A stretch of 64,000 nucleotides of DNA from positions 280,584-344,583 of the forward strand of contig JBAXKC010000001.1 in assembly GCA_037137535.1 (NCBI GenBank), read 5' to 3'. The DNA is from a bacterium. Lineage in GTDB: Bacteria > Cyanobacteriota > Vampirovibrionia > Gastranaerophilales > JBAXKC01. Each line of letters begins with the position of its first letter. Position 1 is the stretch's first letter. This document shows, piece by piece, positions 28,696-38,338 of the stretch. The position numbers and the translations under genes were made by a program. Below the pieces are notes generated by a model, which was not told the DNA's origin, did no database searches, and worked only from the letters and a program-made list of their open reading frames with translations.

Positions 28696-30039
28696 ATGCA
28701 AATATCTCAACCAAAAGGGATTTCAAACTTTTTTAAAATGATGCTGGATCATCCGAAAGGTCTTTATTTTTTATTCTGTGTAGAGATGTGGGAAAGATTT
28801 AGCTATTACGGGATACGTGCACTTTTATTTCTTTATATGACAGAAAAACTTATCTTTTCAGTGGGTAAAGCAGGCAGCATATACGCATGGTACACAGGAC
28901 TAATATATACTACACCATTAATCGGTGGCTATATAGCTGATAGATACTTAGGAGCAAGAAGAAGTATATTAATCGGTGGAGGATTGATGGCTCTAGGCCA
29001 ATTCTGCCTTGCAACAGGATCATTAAATTTATTTTTTGCGGCTTTAGGACTTTTGGTGTTAGGAAATGGATTTTTCAAACCCAATATATCTACAATTGTC
29101 GGAAAATTATATCCTGAAAATGACCATAGAAGAGATGGCGGATTTACTATCTTTTATATGGGAATAAATTTAGGTGCATTTTTAGCTCCATTAGTTTGTG
29201 GAACTCTGGCAAAACTATACGGTTATAAATATGGATTTATGTTTGCCGGTTTTGGAATGATACTCGGGCTTATAATCTATATACTTGGACAAAATAAGTT
29301 TTTAGCTCATTACGGACTTGCCCCCATTCACTGTAAAGAACAAAAAGAATGCCCTGCCGATGCAACTGACCTTGATAAACCTTTAACCAAAGAAGATAAA
29401 CAAAAAATAGCAGTTATTTTTACACTGGTATTTTTCAGCATATTTTTCTGGTCTTCTTTTGAACAGGCAGGCTCTTCATTAACGCTTTTTGCAGAACATT
29501 CAACCAATAGAATGCTACCGATTTTACATAAAAATATTCCTGCGAGCTTTTTTCAGTCAATTAATCCTTTTTTAATTATGATTTTAGCTCCGTTATTTTC
29601 TTCATTATGGTTAGGACTTTCAAATAAAAAATTAGATCCTTCAGCTCCTATGAAATTTGTTTTAAGCTTGAGCTTTGTTTCATTAGGATTTATAGTTATG
29701 TTTTTTGCGGCAAATTTAGCCGGTTTATCAGGAAAAGTAAGTTTCTTATGGCTTATTAGCGTATATTTTCTTCATACAATAGGTGAATTATGTCTTTCAC
29801 CTGTTGGATTATCAATGATAACCAAACTTGCTCCTTTAAGATTTGCATCAATGCTTATGGGCGTATGGCTAAGCGGAAGTTCTCTTGCTAATTTAACCGC
29901 AGGCTTTTTTGCGGGAAACTATGACAAAATCAGCCATAATTTTTTCTTCCTTATACCGGCAGTAACTTCAGGAATTGCAGCGGTTATATTATTAGCATTA
30001 GTACCTGTTCTTAAAAAGTGGATGAATGGAGTAGAGTAA
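28696..30039 (+). CDS. POT/PTR family proton-dependent oligopeptide transporter
   Basis: EMWERFSYYG, GGYIADRYLG, FYMGINLGAF, GELCLSPVG. Confidence 0.96.
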   Translation: MQISQPKGISNFFKMMLDHPKGLYFLFCVEMWERFSYYGIRALLFLYMTEKLIFSVGKAGSIYAWYTGLIYTTPLIGGYIADRYLGARRSILIGGGLMALGQFCLATGSLNLFFAALGLLVLGNGFFKPNISTIVGKLYPENDHRRDGGFTIFYMGINLGAFLAPLVCGTLAKLYGYKYGFMFAGFGMILGLIIYILGQNKFLAHYGLAPIHCKEQKECPADATDLDKPLTKEDKQKIAVIFTLVFFSIFFWSSFEQAGSSLTLFAEHSTNRMLPILHKNIPASFFQSINPFLIMILAPLFSSLWLGLSNKKLDPSAPMKFVLSLSFVSLGFIVMFFAANLAGLSGKVSFLWLISVYFLHTIGELCLSPVGLSMITKLAPLRFASMLMGVWLSGSSLANLTAGFFAGNYDKISHNFFFLIPAVTSGIAAVILLALVPVLKKWMNGVE

Positions 30040-30042
30040 TTC

Positions 30043-30699
30043 TTAAATTTCTTTTGGAATCAGCTCTTCTTGCATAGCTTTTAGAGCTGCCTGAGTTCTA
30101 TCTTCAACTTCAAGCTTTTGAAAAATATTTTTAAGGTGGGTTTTAACTGTATTAAGACTTATATAAAGCTGTTGTGATATTTCATTATTGCTACAACCTT
30201 TAGCAATAAGGCTTAGCACGTCCACTTCTCTTTCAGTTAAGCTATTTTCCTGTAATTTTATATGTTTATTTTTATTGGCCAGATTATTCAACACTATTCT
30301 TGCTATTTGAGGATCAAGCCAGCTTGCTCCGTTATATGTCGTTTTAATTACAGACACAAGTATGTTAGGGTCAATATCTTTTGTGCAGTAGGAATTAGCT
30401 CCTGCTGAAAGAGCTTCAAGCACATCATTTTCACCGTCATGAGATGTTAACATAATTATACCCGGTGGATTTTTAAGCTTTTTTATCTCTTTTACAGCTT
30501 GTATTCCATCCATTATAGGCATACCAATATCTAACAATATTATATCGGGATTAAGTTCTTTAACTGATTCAATAGCTAAAAGTCCATTCTCAGCTACTCC
30601 TACAACTTCAATATCAATAAAATGCTTAAAAGTAGTTTTAAGTCCTACTACTGTTAATTTAGAGTCATCTGCAATTATTATGCGGATTTTTTTATCCAT
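30043..30699 (-). CDS. NarL/LuxR family response regulator
   Basis: REC domain (ADD, LLDIGMP) and LTERE..VL..IAKG.SN.EI HTH. Confidence 0.96.
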   Translation of the reverse strand: MDKKIRIIIADDSKLTVVGLKTTFKHFIDIEVVGVAENGLLAIESVKELNPDIILLDIGMPIMDGIQAVKEIKKLKNPPGIIMLTSHDGENDVLEALSAGANSYCTKDIDPNILVSVIKTTYNGASWLDPQIARIVLNNLANKNKHIKLQENSLTEREVDVLSLIAKGCSNNEISQQLYISLNTVKTHLKNIFQKLEVEDRTQAALKAMQEELIPKEI

Positions 30700-30719
30700 T
30701 TTCTACCCTTTTAAATTTA

Positions 30720-32483
30720 TTAAGCAACAGGTAATGTAAATTTAAAGACTGAACCTTGCCCTTCGACACTTTCTGCCCAAATATATCCATTATGTTTATT
30801 TATAACCTGATAAGAATAATATAATCCTAATCCTGTTCCCGCAGGCTTTCTTCCTTTATTTAAAGAAAACCTTTTGAACAACTCGGGCATTTCCTCTCTA
30901 TTAAGTCCTATTCCATCATCTTTAATTGAGACTAAAACCATATCATTTAGAATTAATGGACTTTTTAAGGTAGTATAAGAATCAGATGAAGCAATTGGGT
31001 TATATATTGAATCTTTGTTCTTATAACTTTGTATTTCGCATATTATATGACCTCGATGAACTCCATTAGCAATAGCATTACTTATAAGATTATGTAAAAC
31101 TCTTTTAATTTCTCTTTCATCCGCTGATATAACAGCATTTTCTTCTTTTTCCATGTTTATAATAATTTTTTTGTCATTAGCAAGTGACTTTATTTGTCCT
31201 ATTGATTCATTTACTAATTTAACAATATCAAATTCTGATTTAAAAAGTTGAACATTTCCCATATCATATCGATAAACTTCAAGAAGAGTGCTGACCATTT
31301 CTAAAGAAGAATTATTTGTACTTTTAATGAGGCTTAAAACCTCTTCCTGTTCAGAAGTTATAGGGCCGTAATCTTCTTTTAACAGATAATTAATTGTTTG
31401 ATTTTCTGCAAGCATAGGAACTTTAAGATCATGAGTCAGCGTAGCTACAAAGTTATCTCGCAATTGCTCCTGAGTTTTAAGTTCTTCTGCCATTTTATTA
31501 AAAGTATTTGCAAGTTGAGCAATCTCGTCCTTACCTTTAATATTCACTTTTAAATCTAAATCCCCTTCTGATAACTTCCTCGCAAAATATACGAGCTTTA
31601 AAATAGGTGTTGTGATAGTGCGTGCAAACAATGCAGCAATAATTATCGCTACTATTAAGCTAATAATTGAAATAACGCTAATAGCTTTAATATTTTGTAT
31701 TAAAGGATTAATGAATTTTTCATTATTTACTCTTATAAAAGCATATCCGATTATATTTCCCAAATAACCTTTAATAGGTATTTCTTTAATAATTGAATTA
31801 GATTTTATTTCTGCTAACGATAATTTTTCACTGTTAGTAGGCTTGATTAATATTGATATATCTTGATTACTAAAATCATAGGAATTAATCATTTTTGTTC
31901 CCAAAATAAGAATTCCTTCAAATTTTTTACCCTTTAAAACAGGGTAAAAAACAATATTATATAATCCAAAAATATTTTTAGCCTTATTATTTTTATAAAA
32001 CATTCCTTCTGAAATAAGCTCCGAAGATGTTATAATCTCTCCAGAATTTACAATATTTAAGAGTTTCATCAAATTAGAATCAGGCTTTAAATAAATAAAA
32101 TTTGAATTAGAAGAAATAACCTTTTTATCTTTTGTTATAAAAACAGCTAAGTCCAGTTTTGTACTTTTAGATAATATTGAAAGTTGTTTTTCTATTTCAT
32201 TATCGGACTTTTTAATAAAATAATTCATTTTAGACAGATTAGCTATTAATAATAACTTGTTAAATTCTTGAGAAGTTTGTCGGATAAAAAATTCAGAGTT
32301 GTATTGAAGTTCATATCTAGCACTATTAAGCAAACTTTGGTTTAACATTGCATTAGAAAAATTAGTTACAGCAATCATCGGAATTATAGTAATAAATAAA
32401 ACAAGAGAAAGCAATTTAGTTGTAATAGTATCGATTGCAGGGATTTTTAAACTTTTAAATATATATTTAAGTCGTTTTATCAT
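30720..32483 (-). CDS. Sensor histidine kinase with HAMP domain
   Basis: Two TMs, HAMP, LTHDLKVP H-box, NLISNA, DDGIG, GTGLGL. Confidence 0.95.
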   Translation of the reverse strand: MIKRLKYIFKSLKIPAIDTITTKLLSLVLFITIIPMIAVTNFSNAMLNQSLLNSARYELQYNSEFFIRQTSQEFNKLLLIANLSKMNYFIKKSDNEIEKQLSILSKSTKLDLAVFITKDKKVISSNSNFIYLKPDSNLMKLLNIVNSGEIITSSELISEGMFYKNNKAKNIFGLYNIVFYPVLKGKKFEGILILGTKMINSYDFSNQDISILIKPTNSEKLSLAEIKSNSIIKEIPIKGYLGNIIGYAFIRVNNEKFINPLIQNIKAISVISIISLIVAIIIAALFARTITTPILKLVYFARKLSEGDLDLKVNIKGKDEIAQLANTFNKMAEELKTQEQLRDNFVATLTHDLKVPMLAENQTINYLLKEDYGPITSEQEEVLSLIKSTNNSSLEMVSTLLEVYRYDMGNVQLFKSEFDIVKLVNESIGQIKSLANDKKIIINMEKEENAVISADEREIKRVLHNLISNAIANGVHRGHIICEIQSYKNKDSIYNPIASSDSYTTLKSPLILNDMVLVSIKDDGIGLNREEMPELFKRFSLNKGRKPAGTGLGLYYSYQVINKHNGYIWAESVEGQGSVFKFTLPVA

Positions 32484-32677
32484 ATCTTACAGCCTAGTTC
32501 AGAATCTCTAATACAACACTAGATTATTATATCTTATTTTTAGAGAAGTTTTAAATCAAATAAAATTATTTTCAAATTATATGATTTAATTTAGTTATTA
32601 TTGTGATAAAATAACCTCCATGTCCCATCGGTACTTTAGAGAGTTAATTAATAAAATAGGTCAGCCGGCTATTAAAT

Positions 32678-33313
32678 ATGAAAACTTTAAATGATTATGT
32701 AGAGTTAATAGAAACAATAGCAAGAATAGAATACAACCGTTTATCAACTTCGTCACATTTGATAGATTTCTCCGAATTGGTTAATATTGGGGCAATAGCG
32801 GTTCATGTTCTTATTACTTCAAATAAAGATAAGGAATATAATATTTCTTATATGTCTACTGCCATAAAATGGGCGATAAGAAATGAACTTAGACGCCGTT
32901 ATAAATGGTATGCAATGAAAAGCACAGCCAAAGATGACAATGATGCACTTATTGATGCAACTGAAGAAAACCTTGATATTGAAAAAAGTAAAATCAGAGA
33001 GTCGGTTTATGAGCAAATTCTTTCAATTGAAGATATGGAAGAAGCTGATAATCCTACACAAATAAAAGATTCATCCTTAAATCCCGAAGAAAGTCTTGAA
33101 TTAAGAGAATTAAATAAAGCAATAAAAGAAGCTATGAAATTTTTACTTCCGAGAGAAAAAATGGTAATAGAGAGTAGATTTTTTAAAGGCAGAAGAATAA
33201 AAGACCTTGCCGAAGAGATGAATATTTCCTCCTCAAGAGTTTCAAGAATTATTCAATCAGGCTTAGACAAAATAAGAAATGAACTAAAGAAAAAAGATAT
33301 GTATTTAGACTAA
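32678..33313 (+). CDS. Sigma-70 family alternative sigma factor (divergent)
   Basis: Region 4 (LLPREKMVIESRF..IKDLAEEMNISSSRVSRI) and degenerate region 2 (YMSTAIKWAIRNELRR). Confidence 0.8.
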   Translation: MKTLNDYVELIETIARIEYNRLSTSSHLIDFSELVNIGAIAVHVLITSNKDKEYNISYMSTAIKWAIRNELRRRYKWYAMKSTAKDDNDALIDATEENLDIEKSKIRESVYEQILSIEDMEEADNPTQIKDSSLNPEESLELRELNKAIKEAMKFLLPREKMVIESRFFKGRRIKDLAEEMNISSSRVSRIIQSGLDKIRNELKKKDMYLD

Positions 33314-33508
33314 AAACAAGTTTTGAAACAATCAATATTATTTATCCAAATTATAAAAGACCTATACTAATAATTCATATATACGTTTTCTTTATCAGAG
33401 ATTTTATAAAGTTGTCCATATAGCTTAATGCCTTTGTAGAAGGGTTTTAATCATTAACTGGTTTATGATTATAGCAATCTATTACTTTGCATTATAAGGA
33501 TATGACTT

Positions 33509-34399
33509 ATGAAAGTATTATTCTGTACAGATGGATCTGAGGCTTCTAATTTTGCAATAAAAAAAGCTTTATCTATCTTAAAAAAAGATATAGAAATTCA
33601 TCTATTAAATTCAGGGGATTGGGGGCTACTTCCAACCTTTATTACTTTTCCATACGAAACAGAAGTTGGCTTTCCTACTGAAAAAAATATTGGTGAAGAA
33701 ATATTAAATGCCACAGAAATTTATATTAATCAGCTTGGCTTTAAGGTGGATAAAAAAGATTTTTTGTTCGGACCTGCTGATAAAGTCATATTAGAGCAAA
33801 TTAACGAAAATAAATACAATGTTGTTGTTATGGGTTCACATGGAAAGAAAGGATTTTCTAAGTGGCTTGGCAGTATTAGTAGAAAAGTTGTATTCAAATC
33901 ACCTATTCCAGTTATTATTGCCCGTCCGCCCCATAAAGAAAAAGATAAGATAGAAACTAAAGAAATATTAATTGCTGCTGATGGCTCAGCATGTTCATTT
34001 AACGCCATAACAAAAATGACTGAGCTTTTAAATATGGAAGATAGCAATATTGAAGTAATAAATGTAATTGCGGGAATTGAAAATTTACCTGTAGAAATAT
34101 CTATGGATGAAGAGTGGCTAAAAATGATAACAGAAAGACAAAATAAATTATCCGAAGAAATATTTGACAAAGTAAAAATATTATTGAGCAAAAAAGGTAT
34201 AACTGTTAAAAACAGTATTATTAAAAAAGGAGATGCTGCAAGAGAAATACTGGAATATATTAAAGAAAAGCCCAAATTATTAACAATTTCAGGATCACAT
34301 GGAAGAGAAGGTTTTTCTGATATTCTATTGGGAAGTGTAAGCAAAAGAATACTTGACAATGCCCCCAATATGGTATTAATTGTACCTATAAACAGGTAA
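33509..34399 (+). CDS. Universal stress protein (tandem USP domains)
   Basis: DGS...GSHG..G....GS(I/V)S motifs twice. Confidence 0.93.
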   Translation: MKVLFCTDGSEASNFAIKKALSILKKDIEIHLLNSGDWGLLPTFITFPYETEVGFPTEKNIGEEILNATEIYINQLGFKVDKKDFLFGPADKVILEQINENKYNVVVMGSHGKKGFSKWLGSISRKVVFKSPIPVIIARPPHKEKDKIETKEILIAADGSACSFNAITKMTELLNMEDSNIEVINVIAGIENLPVEISMDEEWLKMITERQNKLSEEIFDKVKILLSKKGITVKNSIIKKGDAAREILEYIKEKPKLLTISGSHGREGFSDILLGSVSKRILDNAPNMVLIVPINR

Positions 34400-34787
34400 T
34401 AAAAAACAGAAATATAATTCTCAATTTTAAAACCAGAGTAGTTTTAAAAACTTAACAAATGGGTAAATAAATACTATAATGCTAAATGGAAAAATTAAAA
34501 ATAATTTTTGTTAAATAAATTTTGTTTTTTTATTAAAATATTAATAAGAGTTAAATTAATAAACAGAAAGTTTGACTTGAAATAATAGTTATAGTAATGA
34601 TATGTTAATATCAAAAATATGAAAATATTTTATACATATAAAACTTGAAAAGGAGAAAATAAAAAATTTAATAAAAATAAGCAATTAATTGTCGTTTAAT
34701 GTTTTTATAAAACAAAGTTATTGGGTAATATCAATTCAATTTATTTTTTTATTGTGTAATAGGGTTAAAAAAACGAAGAGGGACACC

Positions 34788-35189
34788 ATGTCAAAACTAT
34801 CAGCTCCAAAGAGCGAAGCTCCTGCATTAGATGTAGATAAGCCTATGTTTCCAATCAGCGTTGTTGCTGATTTGTTAAAGGTTCATCAAAGAACACTAAG
34901 AATTTATGATGATGAAAATATTCTTGTGCCAAACAGATCACCAAAAAACAGAAGATTATATTCTTTTAATGATATTGAAAGAGGAAAATTCATTCAGTAT
35001 CTTACAAGAGAACTGGGAATTAACCTTGCCGGTATTAAAATAATTTTCTATCTTCTATCTCAACAAAAAATTGATTCCTCACGTTATATTGATTATTTAA
35101 GTGAAATTGCAAAAAACTTAAATCTAGGAACCGAAGAATCAGAAGAAACTGAAGAACCTGCTCCTAAAAAAGGAAAAAAAGCAGAGTAA
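34788..35189 (+). CDS. MerR/HspR-like transcriptional regulator
   Basis: PMFPISVVADLLKVHQRTLRIYD..P.RS...RRLYS, GINLAGIK; ATG at 34788 with GAGGG SD preferred over 34689. Confidence 0.9.
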   Translation: MSKLSAPKSEAPALDVDKPMFPISVVADLLKVHQRTLRIYDDENILVPNRSPKNRRLYSFNDIERGKFIQYLTRELGINLAGIKIIFYLLSQQKIDSSRYIDYLSEIAKNLNLGTEESEETEEPAPKKGKKAE

Positions 35190-35210
35190 TCAGTTTTAAC
35201 AGCAATAATT

Positions 35211-35244
35211 AATAAACAGCAGATCAAACTGCTGTTTATTTTTT
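35211..35244. terminator. Terminator between convergent genes
   Basis: aataaacagcag-atcaaa-ctgctgtttatt followed by a T-run. Confidence 0.8.
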
Positions 35245-35271
35245 TGCGATTATAAAAACATATAAATTCCT

Positions 35272-36096
35272 CTAATAAGTTGGCATTAGCTTATTTAAAA
35301 ACGAATTAACCCCTATTTGAGCATCATTATGAGAAATAGCCTTTAAAAAGTTTTCTGGCTCAACTTTTTCAGGATCAGCTGTTTTATTATTTTTTAATGT
35401 TTTTTTCAACAACATAAGCGCATTAGGTGAATTATGGGCTAATTTATTACAAATAGCTAAAACTTCCTTATGAAAAGAGTCTATTTCAATCAATTCAGAG
35501 ACTATACCTATATCATAAGCCGTTTTTGCCTTAATTAAATCACCAAGTGCCATATAATAATGAGCTTTTTTTGAGCCCATAAGTTCTTCCAATCTGTGAA
35601 TTCCGCCATATCCTGGAATTAATCCTATTTTAACCTCGGATAAAGCAAATTTTGCATCAGTAGAGGCTAAAATAATATCGCAACTGAGTATCATCTCAAA
35701 TGCTCCGCCGATTGCAACTCCATCTACTGCCGCAATTATAGTTTTAGGATGATTTTCAATATAAGATAATATTTTTCTTACTTTTAAGAGTTTTTTTTCA
35801 AACTCCGCAATATTTTCTTTAACTAATTTAAATTTACTTTCATAATCCTTTAGATTGACGCCTGCGGAAAAGATTTTTTTACCGCTTTTAGAAATTATAC
35901 TTTTTGCATTTATTAATATGATTCTGATTTCATTATTTTCTTCAAAACTTTTCAAGACATGATATATCTCGTCAAAAATCGCATAACATAGCGTATTTAG
36001 TTCTTCAGAATTATTTAGAGAGATTATACCGATTTTGTTCTCTGTTTTAACATCAATATATTTTAAATTCTTCATTTTATTTCTCCAGTTAAGCAT
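35272..36096 (-). CDS. Enoyl-CoA hydratase/isomerase family protein
   Basis: FSAGVNL, AAVDGVAIGGAFEMILSCD, EVKIGLIPGYGG. Confidence 0.92.
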   Translation of the reverse strand: MLNWRNKMKNLKYIDVKTENKIGIISLNNSEELNTLCYAIFDEIYHVLKSFEENNEIRIILINAKSIISKSGKKIFSAGVNLKDYESKFKLVKENIAEFEKKLLKVRKILSYIENHPKTIIAAVDGVAIGGAFEMILSCDIILASTDAKFALSEVKIGLIPGYGGIHRLEELMGSKKAHYYMALGDLIKAKTAYDIGIVSELIEIDSFHKEVLAICNKLAHNSPNALMLLKKTLKNNKTADPEKVEPENFLKAISHNDAQIGVNSFLNKLMPTY

Positions 36097-36268
36097 AAGA
36101 TATTATTAGTCTATTATATAAAGCTGAATTTAGACAAAAATAAATAACAAAGCATTAATATTAATAAATTAATTTGTTATTTTTAGATACTTAAAGCTGA
36201 TATTGCGTTATAATTTAATCAGATCGAATTTATTCAGTTATAGTTAAAACAGGGGTTAAAATTATAAA

Positions 36269-37072
36269 ATGACTAATAACCTTAAAAATCTAATCGAGAC
36301 AATGCCAAATCTTCCTTCAATGCCTAATATAGTTTCAGAAGCATTAAATATAATTGAAGACCCTAAATCCAATATAAATAAACTTTCAGAAGTAATTTCA
36401 AAAGATATTTCTATTACTACAGAAATTCTTAAACTTGTAAACTCAGCCTATTATGGATTTCCGGCTCAAATCACTTCAATAAATAAAGCAATGGCTTTAC
36501 TTGGGTTTAGTAAAGTTAAAAGTTTAATAATGAGTGTTGCTGTTAAACCAATGATGATGTCAACAGGCGGAAAATCGCTTTGGGAACATTCGGTAAGATG
36601 TGCGGTCGGTAGTGAAATTTTAGCAAAAAGCCTTGGAAAATCTGACACCGATGAAGCTTTTATTATGGGCTTATTACATGACATTGGTAAAACAGTTTTA
36701 GAAATATACAATAAAGACGCATCTAAAGAAATTACAAGACTTGTCGGACTTGGAGCAGATAGACTTGCTGCTGAAAAAATGATCTTTGGCTTTCAGCATA
36801 CTGAAATAGGCGAACAGCTTGTTCAAAAGTGGAAATTACCGAGTTTAATAGGTTCTAGCGTAAAATATCATCATGAACCACAAAATTCAGATAATATTAC
36901 GATGGTAGGGTGTGTATATGTTGCAGATAAAACATGTCAAGACCTATTAAAATATCCTATTCTGGATCCTGATATTACTGAAATATTTGATTTTGAAATT
37001 CCTGATCCAATGCAATTAAGAGATCAGATTTTTGAAAAAAGTCAGCATATTATTGCGGCTCTTTCAAAATAA
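36269..37072 (+). CDS. HDOD domain protein
   Basis: LPSMP, ILKLVNSAYYG, LWEHS, GLLHDIGK, WKLP. Confidence 0.93.
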   Translation: MTNNLKNLIETMPNLPSMPNIVSEALNIIEDPKSNINKLSEVISKDISITTEILKLVNSAYYGFPAQITSINKAMALLGFSKVKSLIMSVAVKPMMMSTGGKSLWEHSVRCAVGSEILAKSLGKSDTDEAFIMGLLHDIGKTVLEIYNKDASKEITRLVGLGADRLAAEKMIFGFQHTEIGEQLVQKWKLPSLIGSSVKYHHEPQNSDNITMVGCVYVADKTCQDLLKYPILDPDITEIFDFEIPDPMQLRDQIFEKSQHIIAALSK

Positions 37073-37081
37073 CTAATCAAA

Positions 37082-38332
37082 ATGATTGTATCAACACTTA
37101 TTTTAATTATTTCTTTTATTTTCATAGCTTTTGAAAAACTTCCTAAAGTGACAGTTGCAATGATAGGTGGAGCTTTAACTTTAGCATTGGGATTAATCCC
37201 TAAAGAGCGAGCATTTTACCATGTTGATTTCAGCGTGATTTTTTTGCTTGTAAGCATGATGATAATTGTTCATATTGCAAACAGAAGCGGAATGTTTAAA
37301 TGGTTGGCAATAAATATATTAAAAAAAATAGGGGCAAAACCAAAAATAATTTTACTTGCCCTATGTACTTTAACGGCTGTATTATCTGCCTTTTTAGATA
37401 ATGTGACAACTGTGTTTCTGGTAATTCCCGTAACTTTTATAATTGCGAAAGAAATAGAAATAAATCCTGTTCCTTTTTTACTATGTGAAGTTTTAGCTTC
37501 AAATATAGGAGGAACAGCTACTTTGATTGGCGACCCTCCTAACATTATTATAGGAAGTGCGGCTGGTCTTAGTTTTATGGACTTTGTAAAAGAATTAACG
37601 CCTGTAATCATCCTTATTTATTTAGCGTCTATGGCTTTATTATTGCTCTTATTCAGAAAAGAACTTGTTTGCAAACCTGAATTAAATAAAAATATTGAAA
37701 ATTTAGATAATTCTAAATCAATAAAAGATTCTAATTTAGCAATAAGATCAATAATAGTTTTATCATTGGTAATAATTGGCTTTATTTTGCGTGATGTAAT
37801 TCACATAGAGGCTTATATTGTCGCTTTTTTAGGCGCATCAGTATTACTTCTTTTTGAAAAACCAAAACAAATTCTTCATGATGTTGAATGGATGACAGTC
37901 TTTTTCTTTATAGGGCTTTTTCTTATCATCGGTGGATTCATCGAAACAGGTGGTATTGACTTATTAGCCCACCAACTTATTAAATTAACTAATGGAAACT
38001 TAAAGGTTGCAGCCATGGTTATATTATGGGGGTCTGGATTTTTATCGGCATTAATTGATAATATCCCTTATACTGCAACGATGACTCCATTAATTAAACA
38101 GCTTTCAACCAATATGAATATACATCCTCTTTGGTGGTGCTTATCTTTGGGAGCATGCCTTGGAGGGAATGCAACTGTTATTGGAGCAGCCGCAAATATT
38201 ATAGTCGCAGAAGCCTCAAGAGCGTCAGGCTATCCTATTTCATTCTTTAAATTTATGAAATACGGTGTATTAGTTACTATTGTTTCCCTTGTTATAAGCA
38301 GTTTTTATATTTATTTAAGATTTTTATGCTGA
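37082..38332 (+). CDS. ArsB/NhaD (P-protein-like) ion transporter
   Basis: SAFLDNVTT, SNIGGTATLIGDPPNIII, GACLGGNAT. Confidence 0.93.
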   Translation: MIVSTLILIISFIFIAFEKLPKVTVAMIGGALTLALGLIPKERAFYHVDFSVIFLLVSMMIIVHIANRSGMFKWLAINILKKIGAKPKIILLALCTLTAVLSAFLDNVTTVFLVIPVTFIIAKEIEINPVPFLLCEVLASNIGGTATLIGDPPNIIIGSAAGLSFMDFVKELTPVIILIYLASMALLLLLFRKELVCKPELNKNIENLDNSKSIKDSNLAIRSIIVLSLVIIGFILRDVIHIEAYIVAFLGASVLLLFEKPKQILHDVEWMTVFFFIGLFLIIGGFIETGGIDLLAHQLIKLTNGNLKVAAMVILWGSGFLSALIDNIPYTATMTPLIKQLSTNMNIHPLWWCLSLGACLGGNATVIGAAANIIVAEASRASGYPISFFKFMKYGVLVTIVSLVISSFYIYLRFLC

Positions 38333-38338
38333 TTTTAA

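Noticed and set aside
33730-34368. 212-aa antisense ORF and other short overlapping ORFs in the track (e.g. 65-280, 3470-3745, 4817-5158, 43595-43957, 55507-55905)
   Set aside because: They lie antisense or out of frame within well-supported genes and show no family motifs
34689-34787. Longer start for the MerR regulator
   Set aside because: Extension is low-complexity AT-rich sequence; SD and family alignment favour ATG 34788
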